Origin: Patescibacteria group bacterium
GTDB taxonomy: Bacteria > Patescibacteriota > Microgenomatia > UBA10105 > UBA927
Direction: 5' to 3'
Assembly: GCA_035510735.1 (NCBI GenBank)
Contig: DATKGN010000013.1
Coordinates: forward strand, 192,596 to 256,595
Length of the DNA: 64,000 nt
This document shows positions 58,354 through 64,000 of this stretch, piece by piece (position 1 is the first letter of the stretch; each line of letters begins with the position of its first letter). The notes beneath the pieces are model-generated. The model was not told the origin of the DNA. It did not search any database and was given only the letters and a program-made list of their open reading frames with translations. A program made the translations under genes and the position numbers.

Positions 58354-59345
58354 TCGCTTTGAGTATACCATGCGTTAACTCTCTCTGCTATATCGCGCTC
58401 ATATCCCACAATTGAACTGTCATACCATATGATGGTTTTTCTTTTTTTAAACCACGTCAACTGTCTTTTCGCATAGTGCTGTTCCGCCGTCTTCCATTCA
58501 TGGATAATAGCTCCAATAAGTTTTTTTCTGTCACCAACCCTGGCTTCAAAATACGTTTTCCACTGAGAATAGCCAAGACCACTCATTGAAGGTATGTTCC
58601 AAGAATAGCCCGCTCCAAGAAGATCCTGAATCTCTCGAATAATCCCATCTTCAACCCTTGCATCCACCCGCGCATCTATCTTCTTATCTAATTTCTGCTT
58701 CGGCATTGTTAAACCGATCATAAGCACATCAGAAACTGGTATTTTGCTCACCATATAGTCCGTATTTATATTTACCTCTAGCTCGATTCTTCTCACAAGT
58801 CTCCGCGGGTTGTTCCTGTCGGAATTATTCATTGATGCCAATATCTGCGGATTTATAGTATTCAATTTCAATTGAAGTGCATCGCTCGAAAGCGTTAGCA
58901 ATTCCTCCCGTAGTTTGTCATTACGTGGAACGGATATCGTATCAGGCGGATTAAGTAAGGCATCAATATAAAATCCAGTCCCGCCAACGAGTATCGGTAG
59001 CTTACTCCGGGACCAAATGTTTTTAATAACGCTCGTCGCCAACGATTGAAAATGCGAAACGCTGAAATCTTCATTAGGGAGAACGACATCATACATCCAA
59101 ATAGGCACACCAAACATGTCATATGCAAACAATTCATAATTCTTATTTCTAAAATCAATGTTGAATTCTAAATTTTTAATTTTAGACTTTCGTGGGAGAT
59201 CTTTACCCGTTCCTATATCCATCTCTTTATACACCTGACGCGAATCAGCAGAAACAAGTTCTCCGTTTAATAACGTTGCAAGGTGAATAGCTGCTGCCGT
59301 TTTGCCGGCACCTGTGGGGCCGCAGATGACCAAAATTTTTTGCAT
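58350..59345 (-). CDS. miaA: tRNA dimethylallyltransferase
   Basis: GPTGAGKT, SADSRQVY, DIGTGK, VGGTGFY, YAKRQLTWF. Confidence 0.97.
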   Translation of the reverse strand: MQKILVICGPTGAGKTAAAIHLATLLNGELVSADSRQVYKEMDIGTGKDLPRKSKIKNLEFNIDFRNKNYELFAYDMFGVPIWMYDVVLPNEDFSVSHFQSLATSVIKNIWSRSKLPILVGGTGFYIDALLNPPDTISVPRNDKLREELLTLSSDALQLKLNTINPQILASMNNSDRNNPRRLVRRIELEVNINTDYMVSKIPVSDVLMIGLTMPKQKLDKKIDARVDARVEDGIIREIQDLLGAGYSWNIPSMSGLGYSQWKTYFEARVGDRKKLIGAIIHEWKTAEQHYAKRQLTWFKKRKTIIWYDSSIVGYERDIAERVNAWYTQSE

Positions 59346-59347
59346 GA

Positions 59348-60568
59348 TTAGCAGTATGTTCCGTTTCTCAAATTGGTTTTATTGATGAGTTCATCCAAAT
59401 AATCCCACCGACGTTTCTTTTCTTTATAGGAAATGTCGTCATGGTACACCTTATGCGCGGCTGTCATTTGCCGATCCGAATACATGGCAATATACGCCTT
59501 TGAAAAACCGACCTCCTTTGCAAGGGATACGGTATTTTTAAACTGCTCTTCAGTCTCCCCGCAAAAACCGACAATAATATCGGTGGAAAGAGAAACGCCG
59601 GGAATCTTTTTTTTCATTTTACCAACCAAATCCAGATATTCTTCACGCGTATACCACCGGTTCATTTTTTTTAACATATTGCTGTCTCCGGATTGCACAG
59701 GAAGATGAATTTGGCGGGATATTTTCGGATTCTGTGCAATTGTTTCGATAAGCTCATCCGAGAAATCCCAGGGATTGCTTGAGATAAAATCAATCGATTC
59801 AATGCCGTCAATTTTCGCAATTTCGGATAATAGCGTGGGAAACAATGTCGGAATCCGGAGTCGTCCTAAGTGTTTTACAAAGGTTGGTTTAATCTGTTTT
59901 CCTTTTACTTCGTACGTTGCATCACTTTTTTGTTTATTATCAAAATATAATGGTCCATCGACATCCCGCATCACCTGCACGTTTTTCTCTCCGAGAATTA
60001 AATCAGCCCCGTATGAATTTACGTTTTGCCCCACCAGTGTTATATTTTTGTATCCTTTTTCTGCAAGTTCATAACATTCCAAAAGAATATCATCGAACGG
60101 CCTGCTGATCTCCCGTCCTCGTGTGAACGGAACAACGCAAAACGTACAGAAGTTGTTGCACCCATTACTTATGGGGACCCACGCATGGACAGAATCTCCG
60201 CGAAGCGGTGCGTGATCGAAACCGACTTCTTCTATCGGTAAGAACTCATCAACCACAGGCATCTTTTTCTTGAGCAGCGCAAGCATCCTTCCTGTTTTTT
60301 CGCGCGCCGCCATGCCAACCATACAACCGGTCACGACAATCTTCATCTTCCTTCCGGCCTTTTTTTCTTTTGATAAATTGTAGACCAACCCGTATACCCG
60401 GTCCTCCGCTTTTTGCCGGATCATACAGGTATTGATGATAATATCATCGGCTTTTTGCATAGAAGGAGCTTCGGAATATCCCCGTGATTGATAATAAGAA
60501 GCAACGCGTTCGCTATCTGCTTCATTGGCCGCGCAGCCGAAGGTTTGAATAAAAAACTTCATACCCAT
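59348..60568 (-). CDS. miaB: MiaB-like radical SAM methylthiotransferase (no TRAM domain)
   Basis: TFGC, NTCMIR, TGCM, GCNNFCTFC, HLPVQSG, TDIIVGF; adjacent to miaA. Confidence 0.9.
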   Translation of the reverse strand: MGMKFFIQTFGCAANEADSERVASYYQSRGYSEAPSMQKADDIIINTCMIRQKAEDRVYGLVYNLSKEKKAGRKMKIVVTGCMVGMAAREKTGRMLALLKKKMPVVDEFLPIEEVGFDHAPLRGDSVHAWVPISNGCNNFCTFCVVPFTRGREISRPFDDILLECYELAEKGYKNITLVGQNVNSYGADLILGEKNVQVMRDVDGPLYFDNKQKSDATYEVKGKQIKPTFVKHLGRLRIPTLFPTLLSEIAKIDGIESIDFISSNPWDFSDELIETIAQNPKISRQIHLPVQSGDSNMLKKMNRWYTREEYLDLVGKMKKKIPGVSLSTDIIVGFCGETEEQFKNTVSLAKEVGFSKAYIAMYSDRQMTAAHKVYHDDISYKEKKRRWDYLDELINKTNLRNGTYC

Positions 60569-60746
60569 AGTTTTTTGTAAAAACCGCCGTCCCGTGTAAT
60601 CAGCGGGGCGAATGTAACAATGTGATATTTCATACCGTCAGATTGTATCATGTTGACCACCAAGAAAGGAATTAGATTGACTCGTGGGTGTCTGCCAATG
60701 TCACCTCTCCGGCAACCCACCGATGAGGCGGGAGGCGGAAGGAATT

Positions 60747-61496
60747 TTAGTCCGTCAGAACAAACTTTTCTAAAACTATCGCGACACCGTCTTCGTATAC
60801 TGTCGGCGCAATAAAATCGGCGATCGCTTTAAGTTCGGGCACAGCATTTCCCATCGCGATTTTTAACCCACACGCCATGAGGAGCGGAAAATCATTGTAC
60901 CCGTCTCCCACACCGATAATATCCTTTGTTTCAATTCCTAATATACGGGCAATTTCGACAATTCCATGGAGTTTTGATGCCTCCCTATCCGTCACATCGA
61001 TGCTCATATACCGTTTATTCCAGGCATTTAATTTCTGAACAGTAATGTTTGGAATTTTCTTAAACTCCGTCACAATGCTGTCAATCATCAGTCGATCAAC
61101 CTCTGGAAAGTAGACACTGAGAATTTTTTCCTGAATATTGTCTCCCGTATATTCGACGTCTTCGACCCCATTATATTGAATGGCTCTTAATTTATTTTTT
61201 TTTGCCGCTTCAAAAATATCTGACAAAGATTCCCGGGGTAACAATTTTTCGTATACAATCTCTTTCGTCACCGGATCATAGATCTGCGTTCCGTTCGTGA
61301 GAATACACGGACCTGATAAATCTAGGTGCGATAAAATCGGCATGGTATCAACTAACGTTCTGGCTGTTGCAACGCAAATGTGAATTCGGTTTTTTGCGCG
61401 ACCTATGGCTTGCGTAACGCGTTCACTTGGTACGCTGGATTTACCATGCGGCACAGTCGTATCATCCAAATCTAACATGATGGCTTTATACTTCAT
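60747..61496 (-). CDS. Cof-type HAD-IIB hydrolase
   Basis: DLDDT, ATAR, SK, GDGYND. Confidence 0.93.
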   Translation of the reverse strand: MKYKAIMLDLDDTTVPHGKSSVPSERVTQAIGRAKNRIHICVATARTLVDTMPILSHLDLSGPCILTNGTQIYDPVTKEIVYEKLLPRESLSDIFEAAKKNKLRAIQYNGVEDVEYTGDNIQEKILSVYFPEVDRLMIDSIVTEFKKIPNITVQKLNAWNKRYMSIDVTDREASKLHGIVEIARILGIETKDIIGVGDGYNDFPLLMACGLKIAMGNAVPELKAIADFIAPTVYEDGVAIVLEKFVLTD

Positions 61497-61510
61497 ATGA
61501 GGAGAAGCTA

Positions 61511-62353
61511 TTATTCTTTACCGACGATGACTTCCGTGTCGTACGATGCACTGTCTTTCAGATTGGCCGCTGAAGTACTCAGGGAGTAAGAGTCACCTAA
61601 ATCTTTTTCAAGTAAAGATATATAATCTTTTCTTGCAGCTTTAACAACGATCTGCGTTTTATCGTAATTATAATTATCTGCGTTACCTGTTCCGACCACT
61701 GTATATCCTTTACTTTCGAGAAGTGACTTCATCTTCAATGCAACTCCCGCTTTACCGCTGCCGTTTAATACCTGCACTGAGAGTGCACTTCGCAAGAGTG
61801 TTTGCGGTGTCGGCGTTGGCGTTATTTTCATGGGGGTAGGTGTCGGTGTCGGCATGGAAATAATTTTTGGGAATGAGTGGACTTTGCCTGTTATGAGAAC
61901 TAACCCGCCGCCAACAACAATACAGGCAACGATGACACCAATTGCCCACAGTATTATTGAGTTAGTAGATCGTTTTGTATGGACGGATATCTCAGGCATT
62001 ACCTGCGGCTCTCCTTCCCGTTTTTTTTCAAAAAGTTCATCAACCAATTCTTTTCTCTTTACGTCTTCGCTGTCACTCGTTGTAGAAAATGAAGCATTCG
62101 CCGAAACGGGAGTCTGTTCTGCATTTTCATGAACCGGTGTTGTATGTTCTTCCGTAAGGTTTTGCGTTTCGGTGGCTGGCGTTGGCACCGTTTCAGAAAC
62201 GCCTGCTTCGTCTGACGGAATTTCCTCAACCACTTCAACCACCTGTGTGACAACCGGTTTCTTTTCTTCTTTTGCCAAACTTTCCTCAAGTGACGGCGCA
62301 GATGCCTCAACGTGGGTCGTATGGAGCCTTGTTGTTCTTCGTTTCACTACCAT
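61511..62353 (-). CDS. LytR C-terminal domain membrane protein
   Basis: Disordered N-terminus, TM, PT linker, VLNGSGKAGVA...GNA...VIVG. Confidence 0.85.
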   Translation of the reverse strand: MVVKRRTTRLHTTHVEASAPSLEESLAKEEKKPVVTQVVEVVEEIPSDEAGVSETVPTPATETQNLTEEHTTPVHENAEQTPVSANASFSTTSDSEDVKRKELVDELFEKKREGEPQVMPEISVHTKRSTNSIILWAIGVIVACIVVGGGLVLITGKVHSFPKIISMPTPTPTPMKITPTPTPQTLLRSALSVQVLNGSGKAGVALKMKSLLESKGYTVVGTGNADNYNYDKTQIVVKAARKDYISLLEKDLGDSYSLSTSAANLKDSASYDTEVIVGKE

Positions 62354-62395
62354 AGCTATAGTGTACACAATATTACAGCTTTTGTCATTTAGGCA

Positions 62396-62439
62396 CCAAA
62401 AAAGGAACCCCGCGAGTTGCGGGATTCCTATCTTTTGGT
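62396..62439 (-). terminator. Terminator of the HU gene
   Basis: GGAACCCCGC/GCGGGATTCC hairpin with a U-tract on the minus strand. Confidence 0.7.
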
Positions 62440-62451
62440 TGTCCGATTCAT

Positions 62452-62724
62452 TTACCGGACCACTTTTTTCAAGGCTTTGCCAGCTGTAAACCCTGGGGTT
62501 TTGCGCGCTGGGATTTGGATCGGAGCACCCGTTTGCGGGTTTCGACCTGTTCGTGCTTTACGGGATCGGACCATAAATGTTCCGAATCCGGTCACGACAA
62601 CTTTATCACCTTTTTTCAGTGCATCGGTTATTGAACCGAAAACTGCTGCGACTGATTCGCGAGATGCTTTGGCGGTAAGATTCGCTTTTTTTGCAACAAC
62701 TTCAACGAGATCTGCTTTGGTCAT
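62452..62724 (-). CDS. hup: DNA-binding protein HU
   Basis: MTKADLV, GFGTF, RTGRNPQTG, FTAGKALK. Confidence 0.97.
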   Translation of the reverse strand: MTKADLVEVVAKKANLTAKASRESVAAVFGSITDALKKGDKVVVTGFGTFMVRSRKARTGRNPQTGAPIQIPARKTPGFTAGKALKKVVR

Positions 62725-62926
62725 GTGTGTTTCACCTCCTTTTGAGCAGAAGGATAGAATAAGCTGAAAAATTTTTCGTCCCGACCTGACGGGATCTACG
62801 AGGCAATGTAATGAATTTAGATTATTCTGTCAATATATCAAAAATCGTAAGACGTCAGTATGCTCTATTTACAGAGCAGCTCGTTACAGAGGTTACTAGA
62901 ACAATCTACTTAGACCGACAAATTTA

Positions 62927-64000
62927 TTATTTTGCTATTTCCGTAGCCCGTAGCTCGCGGATGACGGAAATTTTTATCTGTCCCGGATACGTCAACTTTT
63001 CCTCAACCTCTTTTTTGATTTCTGACGCCATAACGGTGGCCGACGCATCATCGACAGACCCAGGATCTACCATAACGCGCAGCTCCCGTCCCGCCTGAAA
63101 CGCGAATGACTCAACGACACCTTTATGCGCTTTTGCGATTCCCTCCAGGTCAGTAAGCCGTTTAATATAATCCTCATGATTTTCATACCGGGCACCTGGC
63201 CTACTTCCTGAGATTGCATCCGCTATATAAACAAGCGTCGATTCAACGGACGTAAACGGCGTATCCTCATGATGCTGAGCGACACAATCAATTACTCTCT
63301 GCGGCATACCGTATTTTTTAAGAAGCTCAACTCCAAGCTCGACGTGACTGCCTTCTTTGTCCATGATGACTTTACCAATATCATGCATAAGACACCCGAG
63401 ACGCACCGTATTTACGTCTGCCTTAATTTCCTGAGCAAGAGCGATACCGATCTTCGTCTCTTCAAGCGTATGGGCGATCATATTCTGACCGTAGGAAAAC
63501 CGATATTTAAACTTCCCGAGGTGTGCGACGAGCGGAGCCGGCAAATTGTACACTCCGACCGCATGACATAATTTTTGTCCCTCTTCAAACATGATCCGGT
63601 CAAGTTCTTTCCTGACCTGTTCCACAATTTCTTCGATTCTTCCGGGTTGTACTCTGCCATCACGAAGAAGCCTCTCAAGTGTTATACGTGCAACCTCTCG
63701 CCGCACAGGATCAAAACATGACAAACGGATAACGCCCTCTTCATCCAAATCGACGTCAACCCCGGTGGCCTGTTCAAACGTTCTTATGTTCCGGCCTTCC
63801 TTACCGATAATCCTGCCCTTCATATCTTCATCGGCAATCTTAATAACCGAAACCGTATATTCGGGGACATAGTCGGTCGCTCCATGCCGCATAGCGTCGA
63901 CAAGAATCTCTTTGGATTTAACGTCCGCCTCTTCCTCTGCTTTGATGTGTGCCTCTTTTATCTCCTTGGCGACATCTTCTTTAAGCTGTCCGCGGAGGGC
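62927..64000 (-). CDS. rny: Ribonuclease Y (5' part outside the window)
   Basis: KGRIIGKEGRNIR (KH), HDIGK (HD), ADAISGSRPGAR; the frame stays open to the window end. Confidence 0.97.
   Translation of the reverse strand, partial: ALRGQLKEDVAKEIKEAHIKAEEEADVKSKEILVDAMRHGATDYVPEYTVSVIKIADEDMKGRIIGKEGRNIRTFEQATGVDVDLDEEGVIRLSCFDPVRREVARITLERLLRDGRVQPGRIEEIVEQVRKELDRIMFEEGQKLCHAVGVYNLPAPLVAHLGKFKYRFSYGQNMIAHTLEETKIGIALAQEIKADVNTVRLGCLMHDIGKVIMDKEGSHVELGVELLKKYGMPQRVIDCVAQHHEDTPFTSVESTLVYIADAISGSRPGARYENHEDYIKRLTDLEGIAKAHKGVVESFAFQAGRELRVMVDPGSVDDASATVMASEIKKEVEEKLTYPGQIKISVIRELRATEIAK

Noticed and set aside
60569-60583. Programmed -1 frameshift fusing the upstream ORF to miaB (TTTTTAC AAAAAA C)
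   Set aside because: The A-run is not in X XXY YYZ register, and miaB has its own complete N-terminus.
1-64000. Prophage, transposase, integrase, rRNA or tRNA genes; alternative genetic code
   Set aside because: No recognisable motifs were found. Core genes read full-length in code 11 with TGA used as a stop.

Overview
64-kb chromosomal segment of a small-genome bacterium, most likely Patescibacteria/CPR of the Microgenomates type. This is an inference from the pervasive leaderless TATAAT-N6-9-ATG starts, Pro/Thr-tailed surface proteins, DUF3048/DUF4446/DUF5679-type genes, a short GAD-less AspRS and the absence of biosynthetic genes in the window. The right half (34.7-64 kb) is mostly core genome: obgE, greA, mutY, an ECF sigma cluster, era, gltX, a D,D-carboxypeptidase, aspS, recJ, cca, secDF, comM, RNase P RNA, miaA, miaB, HU and rny. 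The left half is accessory: a two-component system with an efflux operon, ung, a redox operon, a RecD-like helicase, many single-gene orphans, an ABC exporter pair and MarR/efflux adaptor genes. The main discovery is at 18.5-25.4 kb, a tandem array of one- to two-gene cassettes. Each is delimited by a relic copy (up to 60 bp) of the last ~20 codons of the adjacent ABC-transporter gene (YADLYNSQFRGHAIVEEAE*). The six relics differ from the live gene largely at synonymous positions and four start at or next to the same codon. This points to serial 3'-end-replacing gene capture, with no integrase visible in the window. A similar gene-end-relic-plus-cargo signature recurs at other loci (7.4/7.9 kb, 13.7/14.3 kb, 3.8/4.3 kb, and the 5' end of miaB). 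Cargo includes a TIR + GT-A-like gene pair and a radical SAM protein, with a RipA-like membrane protein just beyond the last relic. Other notable items are an Ile/Leu/Val/Thr-type leader-peptide attenuator in front of an orphan gene, an AspRS fused to a YbaK/ProX editing domain, a MutY without Fe-S cysteines, and an enlarged RNase P RNA carrying palindromic inserts. All family calls come from motif recognition by eye; no searches were run.
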